Positions 27,035 through 36,038 of a stretch of 64,000 nucleotides of DNA are shown piece after piece; the first letter of the stretch is position 1, and each line of letters starts with the position of its first letter. Origin of the DNA: Myxococcota bacterium (GTDB lineage Bacteria; Myxococcota_A; UBA9160; SZUA-336). The stretch is taken from NCBI GenBank assembly GCA_965247115.1, contig CBDFGR010000001.1, forward strand, positions 192,001-256,000, in the 5' to 3' direction. The notes under the pieces were generated by a model. That model saw nothing but the letters and a program-made list of their open reading frames with translations. It did not search any database and was not told the origin of the DNA. The position numbers were made by a program, and so were the translations under genes.

Positions 27035-28939
27035 TTAGCGAACGACCCTCCTGCGGGCACCCCTTGACGTGGGTATGCACAGCGGCGTTTGACTCCTCGA
27101 AGGCTTCTTGACCCTGCAATCGCCCGGATTGCGTTTCCCCGGCTCGTCGTCGAGCCAGTCCGACGACCTGCAGAATTGAGCTCCGGCTCGAGTCGTCGCA
27201 TCGACGGACTCGCAGAACTGCGAACGAGAGCACCCATCTAGATCGACCCGTGTATTCGGGGCTGTGCCCGCGCACAGGTCGGCCACATCGAGGACACCAT
27301 CACCGTCGGCGTCGCTCTCCGCGTCATCGTCCAGCATGGTGAAGAGTGCGTCCAGATTGGCCCCCACCCACCCGGCGTACGCGGCCGAGCCGTCGTAGAT
27401 CAGCCCTAGCAGCTCCCAGGTGCCGGAGTCAGGATCAAATCGAAACTCCAGCACGTCCTCGTCCTCAAAGCTCACCGCAGACCCTGACACGGCATTCATC
27501 GTCCCGGGGCCGTCGAAGGACAACCCGAGGTGGTCATCCACAACGAAAGAGTGGGACGCGTCCAGGTTGAGCCCCGAGGGGACGCCCGCCGCCGAGCCAT
27601 CGAAGTAGGAGATCAGGTCAGAGCCGTCAAAGAGCACCAGGTCCTCCGGCTGCGTGAGCCCGCCCGAGTTGAGAGTAACCGGCCCATCAAAGGAGAGAAG
27701 CAGGTCTCCATTGGTCTCAACACTGACAGCATCGGTGATCAGCACGGCCAGAACCGGGTCCACTGAAGGACGAAACTCGAGGCTGTAGCTGTTGCCGTCG
27801 TAGCGCACCACATCTGCAGGCTCAACTACGAGGCCGCCAGGCAGGGCAGTCGGACCGTCGAATTCGAACGAGAGCAGCACGTCATCGTTCGGAAGCACAT
27901 GGAAGGCGGTCACGTCATTGGTGTTGAATGGGCCGACATCGACCAAGACTGCGGGTCCGTCGTCGAGGAGATCGACAGCCACGTCCTCATCGTTGACCGT
28001 GGTCCCACCGAAGGAGGTGCTGTCGATGTCGGGGGAGAAGAACACAGTATCGAAGCGGGGCTCCACCGTGACTACCAGGCTCGTCGAAAACGAATCCTGG
28101 CCGTCGTCGACCGTCAGGGACACGGTATATGTACCCCCGGCGGTGTAGACGTGAACCGGATCGGCCAGGTTGCTGGTGTTGTTTGCGCTTGTAGGATCGT
28201 CAAAGTCCCAGGCGTAGGTGAGGAGGTCGTTGTTACTATCCGATGCATTGGCGGTGAACTGCACGGGCAGGGAGGGTGTGCCGGTGTTGGGAACCGCAAT
28301 GGGGCTCGCCGTCGGAATCATGTTTGCCGGCGGCAGAACTGTGATCTCAATCGGGTCCGAGGGGGAAAGGGAGAATGAATCGCTGACCGTGAGGGTGACG
28401 AAGTAGGTTCCGGGGTGTGTGTAGAGGTAGCTGGGGGCGACCTCTGTCGAGCGCGGGCTCGCGTCACCGAAGTCCCACAAAAAGGTAATTTGGGCACCCT
28501 CGGGATCTGAGCTTTGGGAGCCATCAAACTGTACGGTAAGCGGCAACGGGCCAGTGGTTGGGTCTGCCACCGCCACAGCCGTAGGCGGAAGGTTCTCTGC
28601 TACTCGGACGACCACGGTGTCCGGCAAGCTCGAATCCATGCCATCGGCGACAACGAGCGAAATAACGTAGTCGCCAACTACATCGGGAACGAGAAGAGGG
28701 TCGGGGGCCCTTTCATCTGAGAGTGCCGCGCGGCTCAGCTGCGGCCTGATCTCGATGTTCCAAAGAAAAGACACAATCGGGTCGTCGTCGGGATCAGTCC
28801 CGGACCCCTGCAGTTGGGTGAACTCGCCATAGATCAGATCTACGTCCCCCCCTGCATCGGCCACGGGCGGTTGGTTCTGGGCTAGCACCGTCTGGGGGAG
28901 GACGAGTAGGACCGCAAGAACAAGGAGGGCGTTGCGCAT
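27035..28939 (-). CDS. Secreted PKD-domain protein with acidic repeats and a TSP3-like Ca-binding motif
   Basis: Signal peptide (likely start 28939), NQPPVADAG, WDFGD/WDFDD PKD motifs, DEDV/PADVV/PEDLV repeats, DADGDGVLDVADLC. Confidence 0.85.
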   Translation of the reverse strand: MRNALLVLAVLLVLPQTVLAQNQPPVADAGGDVDLIYGEFTQLQGSGTDPDDDPIVSFLWNIEIRPQLSRAALSDERAPDPLLVPDVVGDYVISLVVADGMDSSLPDTVVVRVAENLPPTAVAVADPTTGPLPLTVQFDGSQSSDPEGAQITFLWDFGDASPRSTEVAPSYLYTHPGTYFVTLTVSDSFSLSPSDPIEITVLPPANMIPTASPIAVPNTGTPSLPVQFTANASDSNNDLLTYAWDFDDPTSANNTSNLADPVHVYTAGGTYTVSLTVDDGQDSFSTSLVVTVEPRFDTVFFSPDIDSTSFGGTTVNDEDVAVDLLDDGPAVLVDVGPFNTNDVTAFHVLPNDDVLLSFEFDGPTALPGGLVVEPADVVRYDGNSYSLEFRPSVDPVLAVLITDAVSVETNGDLLLSFDGPVTLNSGGLTQPEDLVLFDGSDLISYFDGSAAGVPSGLNLDASHSFVVDDHLGLSFDGPGTMNAVSGSAVSFEDEDVLEFRFDPDSGTWELLGLIYDGSAAYAGWVGANLDALFTMLDDDAESDADGDGVLDVADLCAGTAPNTRVDLDGCSRSQFCESVDATTRAGAQFCRSSDWLDDEPGKRNPGDCRVKKPSRSQTPLCIPTSRGARRRVVR

Positions 28940-29125
28940 TAGGGGCTCTCCCAACCCCGCAGCCCCATCGGCCAGCATGTCCGAACGCCCCGTCGCCAGA
29001 TACCCCTACCTGTTCCGCCCGCCCTCTAGATACGCGGCCCCGCCACAGAACTCTGTCGTGGCGGATGTGGGCCACTTCACAGTCAGGGCTGCACCGAGCT
29101 GGTACTGCCCTTGTAGGCCACCCCG

Positions 29126-29340
29126 ATGCCCCCACTCCCCAAACTCTCCCCCATGGACCTCCTCCAGGTCTCCGCTCCCTTCGACGACGCCGACTTCCTC
29201 TACGAGGTGAAGTTTGACGGGTTCCGGGCGCTGGCCTACGTCCAGAATGGCCACTGCGAGCTCGTCTCCCGGAAGGGCCACGTCTACCGACGGTTCGCCG
29301 ACCTCTGCCAGTCCATGGCCAACGACCTGAAGGCCAGGGC
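29126..29340 (+). pseudogene. ATP-dependent DNA ligase (LigD/LigC-type), 5' fragment
   Basis: Motif I EVKFDGFRA and LVSRKG; similarity ends at about DLKAR. Confidence 0.85.
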
Positions 29341-29409
29341 TGCTCGGGCTACGTACCCGACGGTCCGCGTGTTGGAAGTGTCCCGCGGGCGGTCTGCGCA
29401 GGCTGGCAG

Positions 29410-29943
29410 CTACCAGACGTCGCCCAGACGCCAGTCGCAGACGATTTCTCCGTTGAGGTCCAGACGCGGTGACCGCGGCGTTCGAAGGATCATGATGCCG
29501 TCGTCATCGGCCGGTGTGCGCTCGCGGCCGCCGGCGCTGTCCACGAACGTCGGGCCGCGCCAGCGCTCCCAGCCCAGGCTTTCGTAGAAGGCGTGGGTCC
29601 CAGTCGACAGCGCACCCAGCGGGTAGCCCTCGCGGATCAGCTCGCCCATACGCCTCATCACCCGCGATCCGTGGCCCTTTCTTCGGTACGACGCATCGGT
29701 GGCGACGGCCTCCACGAATCCGACACCCAACGTCTCGCCGGAACACACCAGAGTGCGCTCGACGAGCGATCCGTGACTGATCAGGCCATGTAAATCGGTC
29801 AGCCACACGTGGGCACCACCGAGTGTGTGGTCCCAGTCTTCGTCGGAGAAGTCGCCCTCGAACGCAGAGTCGAGCAGCGTCCGTAGCTCGCACAAGAAGG
29901 ACGGCGAGAGCGCACCCGTGGGAGCACTGTGGAGCTCAGTCAT
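29410..29943 (-). CDS. Aminoglycoside 2'-N-acetyltransferase, AAC(2')-I-like GNAT
   Basis: AFEGDFSDEDWDHTLGG.H, G.VEAVA, LGALS, FY..LGWERWRGPT, C-terminal CDWRLGDVW characteristic of AAC(2')-I. Confidence 0.88.
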   Translation of the reverse strand: MTELHSAPTGALSPSFLCELRTLLDSAFEGDFSDEDWDHTLGGAHVWLTDLHGLISHGSLVERTLVCSGETLGVGFVEAVATDASYRRKGHGSRVMRRMGELIREGYPLGALSTGTHAFYESLGWERWRGPTFVDSAGGRERTPADDDGIMILRTPRSPRLDLNGEIVCDWRLGDVW

Positions 29944-29979
29944 CAGGAGAGTCTACAGGCCGGTCCGAGTGGATGGGGG

Positions 29980-30264
29980 CTGGATGGTGTCGACCTCCGG
30001 GACCTCCCCCTCGTGGAACGGAAGCTCAAGCTGCGCAAGCTCATCCCGCGCAAGACCTCGAGCGTGCTGTACCTCGACCACATCAACGGCAGGGGCATCG
30101 AGTTGTTCGAGCAGTGCTGCGAGCTGGACCTGGAGGGGATCGTCGCAAAGCCGAAGCAGAGTCCATACCGGGGGCTCAACGGGAAGCCGCTGTGAGTGAA
30201 GGTGAAGAACTCGAACTACTCGCAAGCGGAGGGGCGGAGGGAGCTGTTCAGCCGGCGGCGGTAG
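29980..30264 (+). pseudogene. ATP-dependent DNA ligase, 3' fragment with in-frame stop
   Basis: LDGVDLRDLPLVERK, LEGIVAK..SPY, then TGA at 30193-30195 where W of WxKxK (motif V) is expected, then VKVKN..YSQ.EGR.ELF. Confidence 0.85.
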
Positions 30265-30368
30265 CGGTGAGAGAGATCAGCGAGGGGTAGCGTGTTCCAG
30301 CTCCCTTCCCACCCGCTCCGCGTGCCCTGTGGCGCCTATCTCGGTGTAGAAGCGGTGGGCTTCGCTCC

Positions 30369-30764
30369 TTAGGCCAGCTCGTCGAGCAGCGCCTTCGCAT
30401 CCTTCAGGTCTTGTGTGTCGAAACCTTCGGTGAACCAGCTGTAGATCGGGGCGAGGAGCGCGCGGGCGTCGTCGCGTTGTCCCTGGTCGCGGAGCAGGCG
30501 ACCGAGGCTCGTCGCGGCGCGCAGCTCGTGGGACTTCGCCTGCTGGCGGCGCGCGATTTCGAGCGCGCGGCCGAGCAGGGCTTGCGCCTCCTCGAGGGCG
30601 TCTCCGTCCTGGTCCAGGAGAATCTCCGCCCGCAGCCGGTGCAGCTCGGCGTCGTAGTAGTGCTGTCCCTGTTCCTGGGCGCGCGTGACGCCGAGTCCGA
30701 GAGCGCCCAGGGCGTCGTCGTGGCGTCCGACCGTCCAGCAGCCCTCGGCGAGCATCGCGAGCAT
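30369..30764 (-). pseudogene. C-terminal TPR remnant of an adenylate cyclase/AAA-ATPase-type protein
   Basis: AELHRLRAE...ELRAATSL.RL...APIYSWFTEGFDT.DLKDAKALLDEL family terminus without N-terminal domains. Confidence 0.8.
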
Positions 30765-30994
30765 GCGGGGTGCTCCGACCCCGGTCCCGGTCGTCTGTCA
30801 CCCACTCAAGCAACGCTTCAGCCTTTCGCCGCCACTGGATGACGTGCTGCACTTCTGCGGGCCGGTCCGCTTCCTGATGACCAGGGCCGAGTGCCGTTGC
30901 CATGGCAATGCAGCAGGTGCGGTGACGAACTCATACAGCAGACGTGGATTACCTGGTACTAGCGAAGGGTTGGAAGGGCCTCATCTCCCCGGCC

Positions 30995-31403
30995 TCAGAA
31001 CAAGGCAGCGAGCCCGCCCACTACCCCCACCACGGCCGCAACAACGTACACCGCCGTGGTCAGCCTGCACGCGGTCTTGCCCTGCTGGGAGAGTCGCTTC
31101 TGAGTCTCGATGAGTTCGCTGGTGAGGCGCTCCTCGGCCTGGATCTGTTGCCGAGCCAGACGGTCATGGACCACGATCTCCGCCGCGCGCCGAGCCGCTT
31201 CGACCGTTTCCTTGCTGGGTGTGCGGGCTTCGTCGGAGTTCGGCGCAGAGCACAGCGATTGTGCGCGTGGAGAGCGTCTCCACGACCTCCACCCACGCCC
31301 GACCCACGTCGTCCTTGTAGACACCCGTCTTGAGGAGCTGGAGCGTGTCGAACTCCTCGGGGGGGGGGACGATGGTGGATTGCGTGAGGGAAGGGTCAGA
31401 CAT
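30995..31403 (-). pseudogene. Probable frameshifted small tail-anchored membrane protein
   Basis: MSDPSL...VLCAELR (one frame) continues plausibly as KETVEAARRAAEI...VYVVAAVVGVVGGLAALF (another frame) near 31220. Confidence 0.4.
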
Positions 31404-31579
31404 CGCTGATCCGACGAGGACTCTACCACCGGGGGCCGTGGCCTCAGATGAGAGGAGTCAAAAGGGCCTGCTCCGCTTCGCGAGCGGGCTCGAAGGGCCC
31501 TCAGCAGCGGCGGAACCCGCACTCGAAAAACAGTTCGCACACTATTCGCACACTTCGGGAAACCGAGATCGTGTAACTC

Positions 31580-31656
31580 TGGTCGGGGCGGCCGGATTCG
31601 AACCGGCGACCTTCTGAACCCCATTCAGACGCGCTACCAGGCTGCGCTACGCCCCG
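31580..31656 (-). tRNA. tRNA-Pro (GGG)
   Basis: CGGGGCGTAGCGCAGCCTGGTAGCGCG-TCTGA-AT GGG GT-TCAGA...GGTTCGAATCC...CGCCCCGACCA; 77 nt, encoded CCA. Confidence 0.97.
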
Positions 31657-31745
31657 TGGCCCGGCAGTATAGCCACTCGCCTGGCGATCGGAGATTTCTC
31701 CGCCAGGACTGGAGACTTCGCATCAGGTTGTGAATCCTTGTACGG

Positions 31746-32444
31746 ATGGTGCACGGGAGGCAGATGGGTGGGGGAGGGGTCTGTGCGCCCTTGGGCCTGC
31801 TCCTGGCGGCCTTGGCCCTCGGGGCCTGTAGTACCACCGGGCCGCCGGGCTCCGTTCGGACCCACACGGTGAAGCGCGGGGAGACCGCCTGGCGGATCTC
31901 TCAGAAGTACGACAGCACGGTGGAGGCGATCGCGCGTGCGAACGGTCTGAGGGATCCGACCAAGCTGGCCATCGGCCAGCAGCTCAAAGTCCCGATCGGA
32001 GTCAAGGGTAGGTCGACCTCCTCGAACGGCTCTGGCCGCTACATGGCGCGCGACCCGCGCGGGCGTTCTCCCAAAGTCGCGTTCCGTTGGCCCCTGCGGG
32101 GCAAGCTGGCTAGCAGCTACGGCCTACGCGGTGGCGCTCACCACGACGGGATCGACATCTCGCGCAAGTCGGGGACCGCGATTCGGGCTGCCGAGGCTGG
32201 CCGGGTGGTCCACTCCGACAACTCGCTCCCAGGCTACGGGAACATGGTCATCCTGAAGCACGCAGGTGTGTATTCGACGGTGTACGCGCACAACCGGCGC
32301 AATCTCGTCAAGGTCGGAGAGTTCGTGCAACGGGGTCAGGTGATAGCGGAGGTCGGCAGGACGGGTCGCTCGACGGCGCCCCACCTGCACTTCGAGGTCC
32401 GCAAGAACGGCCGTGCGACCAATCCTCTAGACTACCTGCGATGA
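31746..32444 (+). CDS. LysM + M23 peptidase lipoprotein (NlpD-like)
   Basis: LGAC lipobox, HTVKRGET LysM, HDGID, YAHN, HLHFE. Confidence 0.9.
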   Translation: MVHGRQMGGGGVCAPLGLLLAALALGACSTTGPPGSVRTHTVKRGETAWRISQKYDSTVEAIARANGLRDPTKLAIGQQLKVPIGVKGRSTSSNGSGRYMARDPRGRSPKVAFRWPLRGKLASSYGLRGGAHHDGIDISRKSGTAIRAAEAGRVVHSDNSLPGYGNMVILKHAGVYSTVYAHNRRNLVKVGEFVQRGQVIAEVGRTGRSTAPHLHFEVRKNGRATNPLDYLR

Positions 32445-32965
32445 GTCCCCAGGAGCAGCTCGCCGAGAAGATCCGCGACATCCCGGGCTTCCCGGAGCCG
32501 GGGATCTTGTTCAAGGACATCACGCCGCTTTTGCAGGAGCCAAAGTCCCTGGCGCTGGCGTGCCAGCTCCTCGCGCAGCCCTACCTCGAGCGCGAGGTCG
32601 AGCTGGTCGTCGGGATCGAGTCGCGTGGCTTCCTGTTTGGCCCCGCCGTGGCACAGCAGCTCGGTGCCGGGTTCGCGCCCGCCCGCAAGCTCGGGAAGCT
32701 GCCCTGGGAGACGCTTAGTGAGCGCTATGACCTCGAGTACGGCAGCAACGAGATCGAGATGCACCGGGACGCCGTGCAACCCGGTCAACGCGTCCTCATC
32801 GTCGACGACCTGATTGCCACGGGTGGGACTGCGGCGGCCACGGTCAAGCTGATCCGGCGCATGGAAGGCCATCTCCTGGGCGCGTCGTTCCTGATCGAGC
32901 TCGCGGCCCTCGAGGGCAAGAAGGCCCTTCCCGGCGTCGAAGTCTCTACGATTCTCTCTTACTGA
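32441..32965 (+). CDS. apt: Adenine phosphoribosyltransferase
   Basis: FP.PGILFKDITPLL, GIESRGF, RK.GKLP, VDDLIATGGT. Confidence 0.97.
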   Translation: MSPQEQLAEKIRDIPGFPEPGILFKDITPLLQEPKSLALACQLLAQPYLEREVELVVGIESRGFLFGPAVAQQLGAGFAPARKLGKLPWETLSERYDLEYGSNEIEMHRDAVQPGQRVLIVDDLIATGGTAAATVKLIRRMEGHLLGASFLIELAALEGKKALPGVEVSTILSY

Positions 32966-33055
32966 ACGCCGCCCGCTAGGCCTTCATTGCCGGCCCCCGC
33001 TGGCCGAATCACATCTGGGGAACTGAGTTCCCGAGTCTGCGACACGGGGGACCGG

Positions 33056-34828
33056 ATGAGCAAGCTGCTCGTCATTGACGACACGACCGACCGCGCACGT
33101 CAGCTGGTCGAGAACCTGGCGTCGAGGGTCTACGAGTGGCACACGACCGCCTGGGGCGCGAATACCGTGAGCGAGGCCGCAGCGTTGCAGCCAGACGTGA
33201 TCTTGCTCGACGTCGGGCCGCGGGGCGTGGACTCGGCGTTGCGCTGCGCGTCCCTGGTCGAGACCGTGGCGAAGGTGATCGTGATCGTGATCGCGCCGTC
33301 GGATCGGGAGGCAGACGTCCTGCGCTGTCTGCAGGCCGGTGCCGCGGACTGGATCAACCGGCCCGTGAACGGCGCGCTGCTTCATGCCAGGATCGCCGCG
33401 CTGATGGTCGCCCAGCAAGATCATGAGGCACGTCGGCAGCTCGCCGGTGAGCTCGACGAGCGCCGCCGCAGCGGCGACGGCGGACTTGGCGACGACCGCC
33501 AGGACTACCGCTTCCTCTCCACCCACGATCCGCTGACCGGTCTGCCGACGCTCCAGATGTTCGACGAGTACGTGACCAAGTCCATCGCGCAGGCCCAGCG
33601 TCACCCGCAGACCCTGGCGGTGATCTGCCTGGACCTGGATAACTTCAAGCAGATCAACGATGTGCTCGGACACGCAGTGGGAGACCAGCTCCTCCAGGCG
33701 GTCTCCCGGCGTCTGCGCCAGAGCGTGCGCAGCTCCGACATGGTCGCGCGGCTCGGCGGCGACGAGTTCATGATCCTGCTCGTGAACCTGAACCGGCGGG
33801 AGGATGCGGCGGTCGTCGCGGCCAAGATCGTCGGCGTCCTGTCGCGGCCACACGAGCTGTCGGGGCAGGAGATCTTCATGACACCCAGCGTCGGCATCTC
33901 CGTGTATCCCGACCACGGCGACAACTCCGAAGGGTTGATCGGGCGCGCGGAAGTCGCCATGCGCGCGGTGAAGGACCAGGGCAGAGCGAGCTTCCTGTAT
34001 TACGTCGCAGACGAGAACAAGAATGCCCGGGAGCGAATGCAGCTCGAGTATCACATGAGAGATGCGCTGGAGCGTGGGCAGTTCAAGCTTTACTTTCAAC
34101 CTCAGGTCGACGCTCGAAAAGGCAACCTCGTTGGTGCGGAGGCCCTGATCCGCTGGTTCCACCCGGAGCTCGGAATCGTCTCACCGGGCGAGTTCATTCC
34201 CATTGCAGAGGCTTCCGGGCTGATTCGACCGCTCGGCGACTGGGTGATCCGTGAGGCCTGCGGGCAGAAGAAGCGCTGGGAAAGCGAGGGGCTGGGGGGC
34301 TTTCCGATCTCGGTGAACGTGTCGTTCCGTCAGCTCACGACGGGCCGTTTCGCGGAGACCGTCAAGCAGGTCCTGCGGGCCACCGGGCTCGAGGCCAGGC
34401 ACCTCGACCTGGAAATCACCGAGAACACCATCATGGAGCAGCTCGCTCAGGCCCTGGAAACGCTCAAGACCTGCGAGGACCTCGGCGTGACCATTTCGAT
34501 CGATGACTTCGGGACGGGCTACTCGTCGCTGAGCGTGCTGGGAACACTTCCGGCTCATACACTCAAGATCGACCAGTCCTTCGTGCGTGACATACATAAG
34601 AGTGCGACACGTGCGGCCATCACGCGGACCGTAATCGCCGTCGCTGCCGAGCTCGGCCTTGCGACGATCGCCGAGGGTGTAGAGACCGAGGAAGAGATGG
34701 AGTTCGTGGCGGCGCTTGGCTGCACGCGCATGCAGGGCTACCTGTTCGGCCACCCGGTCCCGCCAGACGAGTTCCTGGAGCAGTGGAGCGACGACGCCGT
34801 CGCAGACGTCACGCTGTCCGCGGGCTAG
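33056..34828 (+). CDS. REC-GGDEF-EAL c-di-GMP enzyme
   Basis: Receiver (PDVILLD), GGDEF with RSSD I-site, EALIRW, DDFGTGYSSL, EGVE. Confidence 0.93.
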   Translation: MSKLLVIDDTTDRARQLVENLASRVYEWHTTAWGANTVSEAAALQPDVILLDVGPRGVDSALRCASLVETVAKVIVIVIAPSDREADVLRCLQAGAADWINRPVNGALLHARIAALMVAQQDHEARRQLAGELDERRRSGDGGLGDDRQDYRFLSTHDPLTGLPTLQMFDEYVTKSIAQAQRHPQTLAVICLDLDNFKQINDVLGHAVGDQLLQAVSRRLRQSVRSSDMVARLGGDEFMILLVNLNRREDAAVVAAKIVGVLSRPHELSGQEIFMTPSVGISVYPDHGDNSEGLIGRAEVAMRAVKDQGRASFLYYVADENKNARERMQLEYHMRDALERGQFKLYFQPQVDARKGNLVGAEALIRWFHPELGIVSPGEFIPIAEASGLIRPLGDWVIREACGQKKRWESEGLGGFPISVNVSFRQLTTGRFAETVKQVLRATGLEARHLDLEITENTIMEQLAQALETLKTCEDLGVTISIDDFGTGYSSLSVLGTLPAHTLKIDQSFVRDIHKSATRAAITRTVIAVAAELGLATIAEGVETEEEMEFVAALGCTRMQGYLFGHPVPPDEFLEQWSDDAVADVTLSAG

Positions 34829-36038
34829 AGTGTACGGCTGAGAAACCAGAAGAGGCCGAGGCCGCACACCGCGGCCGAGCCCAGCTCGGTGACCAGACGT
34901 GCCGCGCCGCCTCGGACTCTCTCGAGCCAGAGCAGGAGCGGCCAGGCCAGCGCCACGACGGCGAGCTGCCCGGTCTCGACGCCGAGGTTGAAGCCCAGCA
35001 GGGCCGCCACGATGCGGTCGGCAAGCCGATTTCGGTAAGGAAACCCCCGAAGCCAAAGCCGTGGACGAGGCCGAAGGCGAAGGCGACGGCGGTGCGAAGC
35101 CGGGCGGGGCGGGTGGCGACGGAGAGGAGCCCGAAGTGACAGCCAGAGAAAAGCGCCAGTCCGAGCAGGATCCCGGACGAGAGGATCCCGACCCCCGCCG
35201 CTGCGAGCGCCGCCAGGGCGAGCAGACCCAGCAGGATCGTCATGGGAACCAGACGGCCGCGGTCGGTGAGGAGCCAGGCGTTCTCCGCCCCCACCAGGGC
35301 GATCGAAAATCCGATCAGCGCCTCGACTGCGGCGGTATCCGGCTGTAGGACCCGGAGCACTGCGAGCCCGAGCGTGACGCTGTGCGCCACGGTGAAGCCC
35401 GTCACCAGGGTCGCGACCTCGCCGAACGTTCGCGCGAGCAGCAGCAACGCGATCACGAAGGCCAGGTGATCCCAGCCTGACAGGATGTGCTCGATGCCGA
35501 TCCCCCAGTAGTCGAGCAGCGAGCTCCCGCTGAGCGCCGTCTCCCGCTCGCCCCCGGCCAGGTCCAGCGGCCAGTGCGGTGCCCTCTCGGACAACACGCG
35601 TTCGACGACACCCCCGTCCGGCAGTAGCAGGCGCGCAAAGTGGAGGTGCGACGGTTCGGCATCGAGCAGCAGGACGCTGCGGATGGAGAGGTCGCGGGGC
35701 TGCGGGCACTCGAGCTCCCAGACCCATGACGACCAGCCCTCGCGGGCTCGACGCGGGCTCGGTCTCGACACCGCAGCGCACGGCCGGTCTCCCGAGAAGA
35801 TGCGCAGATCCGCTGCGAGTCTGCGGCTCGCGCGAGTCACGCCCTGGATGCTCAACGGCGACGCGACACCGATCCGGCTCAGGTCCAGCAGTGTGACCTG
35901 CGCGCGCACGCTCGCGCCGGTCTCTGTGAGCTGCCAGCTCGAGTACGAGACGCTGCGCGTGTGAGCTCGAAGCCCGGTCGCTGGAAGCAGAGCGAGCAGG
36001 CCCAGGATCAACGGGGCGTAGCTCCAGTGCCTGCTCAT
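34825..36038 (-). pseudogene. HupE/UreJ family membrane protein, frameshifted near 35020
   Basis: GIEHILSGWDHLAF, FTVAHSVTL, FGLVHGFGF in one frame; GFNLGVETGQL C-terminus in another. Confidence 0.8.

Larger units (their letters stand above)
25329..31630. mobile_element. Decayed genomic island integrated at tRNA-Pro(GGG), no integrase detected
   Basis: Flanking 51-bp direct repeats; cargo of fragments and orphan ORFs. Confidence 0.8.

Noticed and set aside
29341..29409. attC site after the aac(2') gene
   Set aside because: No complementary RYYYAAC/GTTRRRY ends or paired L boxes found
30193..30195. Selenocysteine or recoded TGA in the ligase
   Set aside because: Position corresponds to a conserved Trp in a gene that is already broken; TGA is used as stop throughout the window
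30897..30908. Palindrome TTGCCATGGCAA
   Set aside because: Single 12-bp palindrome with no associated gene start or second copy; compatible with chance
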